Below are positions 50,314 to 59,264 of a stretch of 64,000 nucleotides of DNA, one piece after another. A model generated the notes under the pieces. That model was not told the origin of the DNA. It worked only from the letters and a program-made list of their open reading frames with translations, and made no database searches. The first letter of the stretch is position 1; every line of letters begins with the position of its first letter. The position numbers and the translations under genes were made by a program. The stretch covers positions 7,548-71,547 of the forward strand of contig JAFSWY010000172.1 of assembly GCA_017444295.1 (NCBI GenBank), in the 5' to 3' direction. Origin of the DNA: Selenomonadaceae bacterium (GTDB lineage: Bacteria; Bacillota; Negativicutes; Selenomonadales; Selenomonadaceae).

Positions 50314-52278
50314 TCATGTCAGGCTTTCCGTAAGCCGCTCCCATTTCGCGTAGCGTTCCTCGATTTCCTTTTCCTTTGCCGCATAGGCCTCGGCAATCGC
50401 CTGGCTCTTGGCTGGATCGGCCTGCAGCTCCGGCTGGTTCATCTCGAACTCCAGTCCCTTGAGCTCCGCCTCCGCCATGGCGATTTCCGCCTCCGCCCTC
50501 TGAATGAGCTCCTGCCTCTTCGCCTCGCTCATGCCCTGGAGAGCATTGCGCTGTGACGTGTCCTTCCTTTCCCGTTCCCCCGAAGCATCCCCCTGCCCCG
50601 AAACAACAGGCCTCCTGCTCTCGGCAGATTCCCCTTCCCCCTTGCGGGCAGGATTCCTTTCCGCCTCCTGCCCCTGTGCGGCCTCCTGCAGCTCCTCCTC
50701 TTTCTTCATGCGGTAGTAGCTGTAGCCCCCGCCGTACTCCGTGAGCCTGCCATGCTCCAGTTCCAGGGTGCAGTTCGCCACCTTGTCGAGGAAATACCGG
50801 TCATGGGACACGACGAGGAAGGTACCGGGAAAGGCCATGAGCGCCTCCTCCACCGCCTCCTTCGCCGGGATGTCCAGATGGTTGGTCGGCTCGTCCAGCA
50901 CGAGGAAATTCGCCCCTGTGAGCATGAGTTTCAAAAAGGCCAGCCGCGACTGCTCCCCGCCCGAAAGCTCTCCGATGCGACGATAGACCTCATCGCCATG
51001 AAAGAGGAAGGCTCCCAGGTACTTGCGCGCCTGCTCCTCGGTGATGCCGTACTCATAGAGGATTTCATCGAGAACCGTATTCTCCGGATGCAGTCCCTCA
51101 TGCTGCTGGGAGAAATACCCGGGCTTCACGCGGCTGCCGAGCTTCACACGGCCTCCCGCCGCTTCCAGTTCCCCCAGGAGGATCTTCAGCAGAGTCGTCT
51201 TGCCCGCCCCGTTGGGTCCCACGAGAGCGACACCGTCCCCCTTGCGGATGAGCAGGTCCACATGGGAAAAGAGCTCCTGCTTTCCAAAGCCCATGGAGAC
51301 ATCCTCCATCTCGGCCACCCGCTGGGCGCACTCCGGCGGCGCATTCAAGGCAAAATAATTGAAGGTGGCTGCCTCCGGCGGCAGGACAATGCGCTCCAGA
51401 CGGTTGAGCTGGCTCTGCCGCCCCCTCGCCTGCTTTGACTTGATGCCCGCCCGGTAGCGCCGGATGTATTCCTCCGTCTTCCGGATGTGCTCCTGCTGCT
51501 TCTCATAGGCAGACTGCAGGGCGGCGCGACGCTCCGTCTTCACCTTCATGAAATACGTATAGTTCCCCTCATAGCTCGTGACCGTTTTCCCCGCCAGCTC
51601 GATGATGCGCGTCGCCACCCGGTCCAAAAAGAAACGGTCGTGGGAGATGATGAGCACCCCTCCGCGATAGTTCGCGAGAAACCCTTCCAGCCATTCGATC
51701 ATCCGGATGTCCAGATGGTTGGTCGGCTCATCCAGAAACAGGAAGTCCGGCTCCCGAAGAAGCGCCTTCGCCAGGCAGATGCGCGTCCTCTGCCCCCCGG
51801 AGAAATGGCTGACATCCTTCCCGAAGTCCTCTTCCGTGAAGCCAAGGCCGAAGGCGATGCGGCGGATGCGGCTCTCGTAGTCATAGCCGCCCAAGATCTC
51901 AAACCGCTCCACAATGCGGCCGTACTGCTCCAGCGCATCGGCATCGTGACCCATGCCGATGCGCTTTTCCAGTTCCTTCTTCCGCTCCCCCAACTCAATG
52001 ATATCCTCAAAGGCTCTCCTGAACTCCTCGTAAAGGGAGCCTTCCCCGAATCTCGCCTGCTGCTCCACATAGCCAATGGTATCCGCGCTGTCGAACTGGA
52101 TGCTTCCCGCATCATATTCCTCCTGCCCCAGGAGGATGCGCATGAGCGTCGTCTTTCCTGCCCCGTTCGCTCCCACGAAGCCCACCTTGTCGCCCCGCGT
52201 TACCTCGAACCGGACATCGTGGAACAATTCCTCTATGCCAAAGGATTTTGCCAATCCCTGAACTTTCAACTTTCCCAA
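50314..52278 (-). CDS. ABC-F family ATPase (two ABC cassettes, no TM domain)
   Basis: GANGAGKTT and GPNGAGKTT Walker A motifs. LSGGQRTR and LSGGEQSR signatures. Charged C-terminal coiled-coil. Confidence 0.92.
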   Translation of the reverse strand: MGKLKVQGLAKSFGIEELFHDVRFEVTRGDKVGFVGANGAGKTTLMRILLGQEEYDAGSIQFDSADTIGYVEQQARFGEGSLYEEFRRAFEDIIELGERKKELEKRIGMGHDADALEQYGRIVERFEILGGYDYESRIRRIAFGLGFTEEDFGKDVSHFSGGQRTRICLAKALLREPDFLFLDEPTNHLDIRMIEWLEGFLANYRGGVLIISHDRFFLDRVATRIIELAGKTVTSYEGNYTYFMKVKTERRAALQSAYEKQQEHIRKTEEYIRRYRAGIKSKQARGRQSQLNRLERIVLPPEAATFNYFALNAPPECAQRVAEMEDVSMGFGKQELFSHVDLLIRKGDGVALVGPNGAGKTTLLKILLGELEAAGGRVKLGSRVKPGYFSQQHEGLHPENTVLDEILYEYGITEEQARKYLGAFLFHGDEVYRRIGELSGGEQSRLAFLKLMLTGANFLVLDEPTNHLDIPAKEAVEEALMAFPGTFLVVSHDRYFLDKVANCTLELEHGRLTEYGGGYSYYRMKKEEELQEAAQGQEAERNPARKGEGESAESRRPVVSGQGDASGERERKDTSQRNALQGMSEAKRQELIQRAEAEIAMAEAELKGLEFEMNQPELQADPAKSQAIAEAYAAKEKEIEERYAKWERLTESLT

Positions 52279-52287
52279 AGCTTCCCC

Positions 52288-53613
52288 TCAATCTCCCTGC
52301 TTCACATAATCGCGCCCGATATTGACCACGGCCTGGTTCTTTCCGCCCCCGTCCATGATGATGCACCGGAAGGGCATTCCATAGAACACGTCGGTATTGC
52401 GGCTCGATGTGGTGATCGTCGTCTGCTCCTTCGAATCCGTCTTGCCCGTCTCCACCCCGGAAATGACAAAGCCCTTGCGCTGAAGGATGCCTGCCACCTC
52501 GGCACCGGCACCGTTGATGCCGCTGGAGTTGATGACCATGACCGATATCTCCTCCGGTTTCATGGGGTTGTCATCCGCCTCCCGCACCGCATCCCTTGCA
52601 GCCTTTTCCTCGGCCTTCCCCGGGGTGCTCTCCGCCGCACTGGCAATCTGTATGCCCTTCGGCAGATCCTTCTCATACTCCTCCTGGGCCTTCTCCGCCG
52701 ATGCGAGAAGTTCCTCCGTCACCGGCTCTCCCAGGGCTTCTGCCATAATCTTCCTGAGTTCCTTGATGTCCGGGATCCAATAACTGATATCCTCGAAAAA
52801 GGCCGGCCTGCCCGGAACCATCTGAGCGCTGACCCCATGGTCATGCACCTGCTTCAACTCGTTGGCAAAGGCCAGCAATTCTGTCAGGGACATGTCCGTC
52901 TCCAAGGCCTTGCCGGCCTCTTCCACCACCCCGGGCAGCCGCGGCAGTATCTGCGGCGAGATTACCTTTTCAAGAACCGCCTTCATGAACTTCTGCTGGC
53001 GCCCGATGCGCCCGATGTCCCCCTCGCCGTCACGGTAGCGCACATACTGGATGGCACGCTCCCCGTCCAAGTGCTGCTCCCCCGGATAAAGGTCGATGAT
53101 GAGGCCGCCGTCATCATCCCAGGGATCCTCATAGTACATCCGTTTCTCCACATCGATATCCACGCCCCCGATGGCATCAATGATGCGCTCGAAGGCCTTG
53201 GTGTCAATGAGCAGATAATGATCCATCGGCACGCCCAAAAGGTTTTCCACGGCACTTTGGGAGAGCTTATGCCCCCCGTAGGCATAGGCGTGGTTGATCT
53301 TGTCGTAGCCATTCCCCTTGATTTCCACGCGGGTATCCCGGGGAATGGACAGCAAAGAGCCCTTGCCCTCATTTTCATCCAGGGATGCCACCATGAGCGT
53401 GTCGCTGCGCCCGGCATCGTCCTCCCGCCGATCCACACCAAGGATCATCACATGGAGGATATGCTGCTTTTTCCCAAAATCCAGTCCGCCAGCCCATTTC
53501 GCCTGCTGTTTCCCAAAATGCGCTCCTGCAAGCGCCACCAAAATGACGAGCAGGGCGGCAACCAGCCACTTCACTCTTGTATAATTGCGCTTCTTCTGGC
53601 GCGTCTTTCGCAT
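52288..53613 (-). CDS. LytR-CpsA-Psr (LCP) family cell-envelope phosphotransferase with a LytR_C domain
   Basis: ILGVDRREDDAGRSDTLMVASLD...SIPRDT...KINHAYAYGG. N-terminal TM anchor. Confidence 0.9.
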   Translation of the reverse strand: MRKTRQKKRNYTRVKWLVAALLVILVALAGAHFGKQQAKWAGGLDFGKKQHILHVMILGVDRREDDAGRSDTLMVASLDENEGKGSLLSIPRDTRVEIKGNGYDKINHAYAYGGHKLSQSAVENLLGVPMDHYLLIDTKAFERIIDAIGGVDIDVEKRMYYEDPWDDDGGLIIDLYPGEQHLDGERAIQYVRYRDGEGDIGRIGRQQKFMKAVLEKVISPQILPRLPGVVEEAGKALETDMSLTELLAFANELKQVHDHGVSAQMVPGRPAFFEDISYWIPDIKELRKIMAEALGEPVTEELLASAEKAQEEYEKDLPKGIQIASAAESTPGKAEEKAARDAVREADDNPMKPEEISVMVINSSGINGAGAEVAGILQRKGFVISGVETGKTDSKEQTTITTSSRNTDVFYGMPFRCIIMDGGGKNQAVVNIGRDYVKQGD

Positions 53614-53800
53614 AATAAATCTCCTTTATCGTGAGGCGTGTTGATACCCAGTATAGCAAATATCCTCTTGCTCTGCAATAACAGCAAGCCCTCAAAAGGC
53701 CAGGAAATTATAGATAAAATCCATCACAAACGCCTTTAAATTTTCATAAAATTCATGTATAATACAGATATAATTGACATTTTCTTAAGGGGTGTTATTC

Positions 53801-54961
53801 TTGTTAAGCATACCTGTCAAGAGTCTCAAGGAGAATATGGTTGTTTCCCAGAGCATCTACAACAAGAGCGGCGGTGCCTATCTCGTCAAGGGGCATCCAC
53901 TCACGGGACAGTACATCAATCGTCTGAAAAACATCGGCATCCCTTCCGTCTCCGTCACTTCGACGAACCCGAAATTCCGCCTGACTCCTCCGGAGGACAT
54001 CGTTCGGGAAGACACGAGGGTCAATGCCATCCAACGTGTCTGCACGGTTTTCGAAAGCCTCTCCCAGACCGGGGAACTGGATGCAGAGACTCTGCAGGAT
54101 GTCTCTGACCACATCATCCTCGATGTCATCCAGCGCCATGCAAGCCTCGTGCAGCTCACGGACATCCGCCTGCACGACACCTATACCTTCGCCCACAGCG
54201 TCAATGTGGCCGTTCTCTCAGCGGTGCTTGGGTTCCTCTGCCGCTACAAGGAAAGGGAGCTCTCCATACTGACCCTTGGGGGGCTTCTCCACGACATCGG
54301 CAAGATCAAGATTTCCCCCAAGATTCTCAACAAGCGCAGCCGCCTGGACAATGAGGAATTCTCCATCATGAAGAGCCATACGCTGGAAGGCGCCCACCGC
54401 ATCCATGAGATGGGCACCATGCTCCCCTCCTCCAGTCTCCTCTCCGCCATCGCCGCCCAGCACCATGAGCGGATCGACGGGAAGGGATACCCACGCCAGC
54501 TGGCGGGCAGCCAAATCCATCGCTTTGCGAAAATCGTCTCCATTGCCGACGTCTATGACGCCCTTACCAGCGAACGCCCCTACAAGAAAGCATACACGCC
54601 CTCCATAGCCCATAACATCATGAAAAAGACAGGACAGGGACAGTTCGACGAGGAACTTCTGGACCTTTTCTTCAACAACGTGGCCATCTACCCTGTCGGC
54701 ACCGTCCTCAAGACCTTTTACGGGTACGGGATCGTCACGAAATGCGAGTTCGGCCACACGGAAACCCCCATCATCTGCCTCTTTGCCGACAAAAAGAAAA
54801 AGCCCCTCCCAAACCCGGTCCACATCAACCTGAAGGACGATGGCCCGGGTGCCATAGAGCAGGAGATTTCCGGCATGGATCTCATGTACTTCACCCATGA
54901 CCTCAACATCGACCCATCCATCTATCTCACAGAAAACCAGCCTCCCAAAAAGAATACATAA
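53801..54961 (+). CDS. HD-GYP c-di-GMP phosphodiesterase, paralog 1
   Basis: HSVNVA...LLHDIGK...HHERIDGKGYP. TTG start at 53801 with AAGGGG 8 nt upstream, homologous to the paralog 2 start. Confidence 0.88.
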   Translation: MLSIPVKSLKENMVVSQSIYNKSGGAYLVKGHPLTGQYINRLKNIGIPSVSVTSTNPKFRLTPPEDIVREDTRVNAIQRVCTVFESLSQTGELDAETLQDVSDHIILDVIQRHASLVQLTDIRLHDTYTFAHSVNVAVLSAVLGFLCRYKERELSILTLGGLLHDIGKIKISPKILNKRSRLDNEEFSIMKSHTLEGAHRIHEMGTMLPSSSLLSAIAAQHHERIDGKGYPRQLAGSQIHRFAKIVSIADVYDALTSERPYKKAYTPSIAHNIMKKTGQGQFDEELLDLFFNNVAIYPVGTVLKTFYGYGIVTKCEFGHTETPIICLFADKKKKPLPNPVHINLKDDGPGAIEQEISGMDLMYFTHDLNIDPSIYLTENQPPKKNT

Positions 54962-54979
54962 AATTACTTTGAAATTGCT

Positions 54980-55008
54980 TTGAAATTTGCCTGGATTTGA
55001 GCTATGAT
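54980..55008 (+). promoter_or_regulatory. Sigma70 promoter of HD-GYP paralog 2
   Basis: TTGAAA, 17 nt, TATGAT. Confidence 0.5.
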
Positions 55009-55041
55009 ATAGGAAATACGAATTTCCAAGGAGTGTTGAGC

Positions 55042-56181
55042 TTGTTACGCATACCAGTCAAAAAGCTCAAGGCAGGCATGGTCGTCTCCCAGAGCATCTA
55101 CAACAAGACAGGCGGCAGCTATCTGGTCAAGGGGCAGCCATTGACCGCCCAATACATTCAGAAGCTGAAGAAAATCGGGATTCCTTCGGTATCGGTCACC
55201 TCGACGAACCCAAACTTCAAGCTTGCGCCGCCTGCTGATATCGTGCAGGAAACCACCCGCGTCAATGCCATCCAGCGCATCTTCGATGCTTTCCAGGATG
55301 TGGAGAACTCGGGGCGTCTGGATGTGGATGCCGTGCAGAACGTATCTGACCACATCCTTCTCGATGTCATCCAGCGCAAGGAAAACCTCGTGCAGCTCAC
55401 GGACATCCGTCTGCACGATACCTACACCTTCGCCCATAGCGTCAATGTGGCCATCCTCTCTGCCATGCTTGGGCTTCTCTGCCATTACACGAAGCAGGAC
55501 CTCGCCTTGCTGACACTTGGGGCGCTTCTCCACGACCTCGGCAAGATCAAGGTTTCCTCGAATATCCTCAACAAAACCAGCCGCCTCAACAACGAGGAAT
55601 TTTCCATCATACAGAACCACCCCATGGAAGGTGCGCGCCGCATCCACGAAATGGGAAACCTGCTGCCTTCTCCTGCAATTCTCGCCGCCATCGCGGCGCA
55701 GCACCATGAGCACATCGACGGGAAGGGCTATCCCCAGCATTTGACCGGGGACCAGATTCATCGTTTTGCCAAGATCGTCGCCATTGCCGATGTCTACGAT
55801 GCCCTCACCAGCGAGCGCCCCTACAAGAAGGCCTATACCCCTTCCATCACCCACAATATCATGGTAAACGTGAACAAGGGGCAGTTCGACACGAATCTCT
55901 TGAAGCTCTTCTTCAACAACGTGGCCATTTATCCTGTCGGCACACTCCTCAAGACCGTCTATGGCTTCGGCATCGTCACGAAATGCGAGTTCGGCCGGAC
56001 AGAGACCCCCTGCGTCTGCATCTTTGCCAATACCGAGGGGAAAATGCTGGAGGATCCCGTTCGCATCGATTTGAAGAATGATGGCCCCCGGGCCATCGAA
56101 ATGGAGATTTCCGGCATCGAGCTTATGCATTTCATCCATGAGCTCGGCGTAGATCCCACCATGTACCTCACGGAAGAATGA
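55042..56181 (+). CDS. HD-GYP c-di-GMP phosphodiesterase, paralog 2
   Basis: HSVNVA...LLHDLGK...HHEHIDGKGYP. Collinear with paralog 1 over the full length. TTG start at 55042 with AAGGAG 8 nt upstream. Confidence 0.88.
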   Translation: MLRIPVKKLKAGMVVSQSIYNKTGGSYLVKGQPLTAQYIQKLKKIGIPSVSVTSTNPNFKLAPPADIVQETTRVNAIQRIFDAFQDVENSGRLDVDAVQNVSDHILLDVIQRKENLVQLTDIRLHDTYTFAHSVNVAILSAMLGLLCHYTKQDLALLTLGALLHDLGKIKVSSNILNKTSRLNNEEFSIIQNHPMEGARRIHEMGNLLPSPAILAAIAAQHHEHIDGKGYPQHLTGDQIHRFAKIVAIADVYDALTSERPYKKAYTPSITHNIMVNVNKGQFDTNLLKLFFNNVAIYPVGTLLKTVYGFGIVTKCEFGRTETPCVCIFANTEGKMLEDPVRIDLKNDGPRAIEMEISGIELMHFIHELGVDPTMYLTEE

Positions 56182-56216
56182 CAGCATCACCGGAACAAGC
56201 GATAACACATGATACA

Positions 56217-56266
56217 GGAAGGCCATCGCCGACAACAGGAAGGACTGTTGCCGGCGATGGCCTTTT
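56217..56266. terminator. Bidirectional terminator between convergent genes
   Basis: GGCCATCGCCGACAACAG/CTGTTGCCGGCGATGGCC stem flanked by A- and T-runs. Confidence 0.75.
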
Positions 56267-56271
56267 CGATG

Positions 56272-57207
56272 TTATTTCTTATCTTTCTTGTCGTTTTTGT
56301 CATTCTTGGGCGCGGGCTTCGCATTCTTCACAACGGAATCCGGAATCTTGATCCCGGATACCTGGTTATACTGGCTGCCCTTTATGGAAATCGTCAATTT
56401 CGCATCGGTCAGCGCCATTGCAACGAAGGCCTTGGTCTTCCCATCGATCCCCGGATTGCTCATCACCGATGCCATGACATTTGCGATGGGCTGCGTCAAA
56501 TCTGCCTTGGCAGAAACCACATGGTTCGTCGCCTTGTCTACCGTCACCTCATACTCCACGTCGCCCATGCCGCCGAGGATGTTGAAGATCTCCTGCACAT
56601 CCTTCTCATGCTTGTCTCCCAGCTTCATGGTCGATTTCACATATTTCCCAAAGGAACTCCAGAACTTGGCCGTATCGATGGTCGCAACATAGGTCTGCTG
56701 CTGCGCATCACCGTCTCCAAGGCGCACCGCTTCGTCGATATCCTTCATTTCCTCGGCAAGAGCCTGATAAGCAGGGCTGTCCTTCTCTACCTTGGCCTCT
56801 TTCTCCTTGGAGCACACATCCTTGTACCACTTGCCCTTGTCCTGGTAATACAGGATGTAGTTCTTCCCGTCTTCCGTGGTATAGAAGGGATACTCCATCG
56901 TCGTGGGGTTCTTCGGGTCGCTTACCGTCATCTGGAACTTCCCCTGGGAAGCAAAGGCATCCTTCGCCGAAAAGTCCACGTTGAGCTTGCCGCTTGCATC
57001 CGCGAACATCGTATCCACCGCGAACTCCAGTTCCACAGTCCCGCTCTTCACGTCCTCCATCGCCTTGTATGCCGACTCCAGCTGCTCCTTCGCCATGGCA
57101 TCCGGCTCTGCCGCAAGCCCTTGCGCCGGATGGACGAGCAACACTGCCGCCATCAGCAGGGACAGGAACCACGCCTTCATCATGCTAATCTCTTTTTTCT
57201 CTCTCAT
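56272..57207 (-). CDS. Secreted hypothetical protein (311 aa) with a lysine-rich C-terminal tail
   Basis: Signal peptide MMKAWFLSLLMAAVLLVHPAQGLAAE. C-terminus KPAPKNDKNDKKDKK. I recognise no catalytic motif. Confidence 0.6.
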   Translation of the reverse strand: MREKKEISMMKAWFLSLLMAAVLLVHPAQGLAAEPDAMAKEQLESAYKAMEDVKSGTVELEFAVDTMFADASGKLNVDFSAKDAFASQGKFQMTVSDPKNPTTMEYPFYTTEDGKNYILYYQDKGKWYKDVCSKEKEAKVEKDSPAYQALAEEMKDIDEAVRLGDGDAQQQTYVATIDTAKFWSSFGKYVKSTMKLGDKHEKDVQEIFNILGGMGDVEYEVTVDKATNHVVSAKADLTQPIANVMASVMSNPGIDGKTKAFVAMALTDAKLTISIKGSQYNQVSGIKIPDSVVKNAKPAPKNDKNDKKDKK

Positions 57208-57239
57208 CCGAATCTCTCCTTACGTCTTGTCAATAAATT

Positions 57240-57271
57240 ACGGGCAGGCCAGCAAATACCAGTCTGCCCGT
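57240..57271 (-). terminator. Intrinsic terminator after the 235-aa gene
   Basis: Minus strand: ACGGGCAG-actggtatttgctggc-CTGCCCGT followed by AATTTATT. Confidence 0.55.
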
Positions 57272-57305
57272 CTACTCCCAAATACACAACAACAGGAATG
57301 TTCCG

Positions 57306-58013
57306 TCAGCCTTCCGCCGTCGTGGCAGCACCGCTCAGTTCCTTGGCGCGGTCATCAAAGCGTTTCATGATTTCCGCATGGGTGTCCTTGGTGATCTGCG
57401 GCATATCCTTGGCCCCAAAGTAATCCTTGAAAGCCACGCCTGCCTGCTCAAATCCCTTCTCCACGGCGGAACGCATCTGCTCCAGCTTCTCCGGGTCGTT
57501 TCCGGCAAGTGCGGAAGCCAGGCCAAAGATGCGGTCAGACACGGCACTCACCGACCAGTCGCCGCCCTCGCTGATGGCAGCTTCTGCCTCCTCCGGAGTC
57601 GTGGCTACCTCGGGCATGGCAAAACGGGAAGTGTCGATCTCCACACCGCCAAAATTCAGCTTGCCTACATTGTTGTCAAGATAGTCCTGCAGCTTCTCAT
57701 TGTTCGCCGACATCAAATCGATCATGAACTGCAGGGACTTCTGCTGCACGTCCGCCTGCAATGCCTGGATTTCATCCGCCGTGAGACCCTTGGCCTTGGT
57801 ATCCTTCGCCTGTTCTGTCTCATTGGCCTGTTTCGCCGCATCGGAAATATTTACCGTATACGCCTCTCCTGCCGTATCCTTCTCTGCATCTTCCGATGCC
57901 GCAGCATTCGTGAGGGTTTCCACATCCGCTGTCTTCTTCGCCGAACCCGCCTGGTACGCATTCATCATAGCGTTGGACTGGGTGGTTGACATTGCTCCTA
58001 CATCCATGTTCAT
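57306..58013 (-). CDS. Hypothetical 235-aa acidic protein under a sigma28-like promoter
   Basis: Ribosome-binding site GAAGGAGGAAG. The N-terminus MNMDVGAMSTTQSNAMM loosely resembles YjfB-type motility peptides. The C-terminal half has VSDRIFGLASA...EKGFEQAGVAF. Confidence 0.6.
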   Translation of the reverse strand: MNMDVGAMSTTQSNAMMNAYQAGSAKKTADVETLTNAAASEDAEKDTAGEAYTVNISDAAKQANETEQAKDTKAKGLTADEIQALQADVQQKSLQFMIDLMSANNEKLQDYLDNNVGKLNFGGVEIDTSRFAMPEVATTPEEAEAAISEGGDWSVSAVSDRIFGLASALAGNDPEKLEQMRSAVEKGFEQAGVAFKDYFGAKDMPQITKDTHAEIMKRFDDRAKELSGAATTAEG

Positions 58014-58097
58014 CTTCCTCCTTCATCCTGGATACAAACATCGGTTCCCGTCCTATCGGCTAGCAATTTCCAAGAAACGGAACCCCTTCTCTTTATA

Positions 58098-58125
58098 TTA
58101 TCGTCGATTTTGGAAAAAAAGTAAA
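58098..58125 (-). promoter_or_regulatory. Sigma28-like promoter upstream of the 235-aa gene
   Basis: Minus strand: TTTAC, 17-18 nt, CGATAA. Spacing and -10 box match those of the three flagellin promoters. Confidence 0.45.
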
Positions 58126-58194
58126 GGGAAATCGTCGGAAAACGACGAAGATTTTTACGCCCACACAAAGTCCCCGCCCTGACGATTCCCATAG

Positions 58195-59196
58195 TCAGCC
58201 TCCCACCTGATACATGTACCTCGCATCCCGGACCTCTTCTCCCGATTCCTCGAGGAAGGAATGGGCCTTCGGCTTCCGGCGGATCGCCCGGGCAAGGGCT
58301 TTCGCCAGATCCCCATCCTCAGCCCCGCTGCGCAGGAGCACCCGGACATCAAGGCCGGTCCCGGCATAGAGGCAAAGCTTCAGGAATCCCCCCGCCGTCA
58401 GGCGGACGCGGTTGCAGGCAGCGCAGAACTTATGCCCCAAGGCATCAATAAAGCCCACCTGCCCACGAAAACCGGACATGCGGACATACTCCGCCGGCCC
58501 CTGGAGGCTGCTGCTTCGTTCCACCGGCAGAAGGGCGCCATATTCCTCCGAAAGCCGATTCCGCACCTCATCCATGGGAATGCCATGCAGCCCCGCCTCG
58601 AAACCGCCCCCGACGGGCATGAGCTCAATGAACCGGACCTTGACATCATACTGCCTCGCCAGCCCTGCCAGCTGCACAATATCCTCCTCGTTCACCCCGG
58701 CAATCGGCACGCAATTCAGCTTGATATCCTCAAAACCTGCGGAAAACAACGCCTCCAATCCTTCCCGCACCGACGGCAGCAAGGCGCGGCGCGTGAGGAA
58801 GGCAAAGGCCTCCTCCCGCAAGGTATCCACACTTACGTTGACGCTGTCAAGGCCCGCGTCTTTCAATTGCTCCGCCATGGAAGACAGCAGGACCCCATTC
58901 GTCGTCATTGCCACATGCTCAATGCCCTGCACGCCCTTGATGCGGCGAACAAAGTCCACAATCCCAGGCCGGATCAGCGGTTCCCCCCCTGTCAGCCGCA
59001 CCTTGCGGATCCCCAGCTGTGCCAAAGCACGGACCACCCGAAGGATCTCCTCATAGGTCAGGACATCCCCATGCCTGAGTTTCTTTACCCCATGTTCCGG
59101 CATGCAGTAACGACAGCGAAGATTGCAGAGATCCGTGACGGAAATTCGCACATATTCGATGTTCCTCTGAAAACAATCCCGCATAACACACCTCAC
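58195..59196 (-). CDS. moaA: GTP 3-prime,8-cyclase (molybdenum cofactor biosynthesis)
   Basis: ISVTDLCNLRCRYCMP radical SAM motif. C-terminal GHKFCAACNRVRLTAGG second-cluster motif. Confidence 0.93.
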   Translation of the reverse strand: MRCVMRDCFQRNIEYVRISVTDLCNLRCRYCMPEHGVKKLRHGDVLTYEEILRVVRALAQLGIRKVRLTGGEPLIRPGIVDFVRRIKGVQGIEHVAMTTNGVLLSSMAEQLKDAGLDSVNVSVDTLREEAFAFLTRRALLPSVREGLEALFSAGFEDIKLNCVPIAGVNEEDIVQLAGLARQYDVKVRFIELMPVGGGFEAGLHGIPMDEVRNRLSEEYGALLPVERSSSLQGPAEYVRMSGFRGQVGFIDALGHKFCAACNRVRLTAGGFLKLCLYAGTGLDVRVLLRSGAEDGDLAKALARAIRRKPKAHSFLEESGEEVRDARYMYQVGG

Positions 59197-59264
59197 AAAA
59201 GAAAAGGCTGCTTTTCCGCAGCCAGCGCAAAAGCAGCCCCATCCTTTTTTGCTCCACGGACAAA

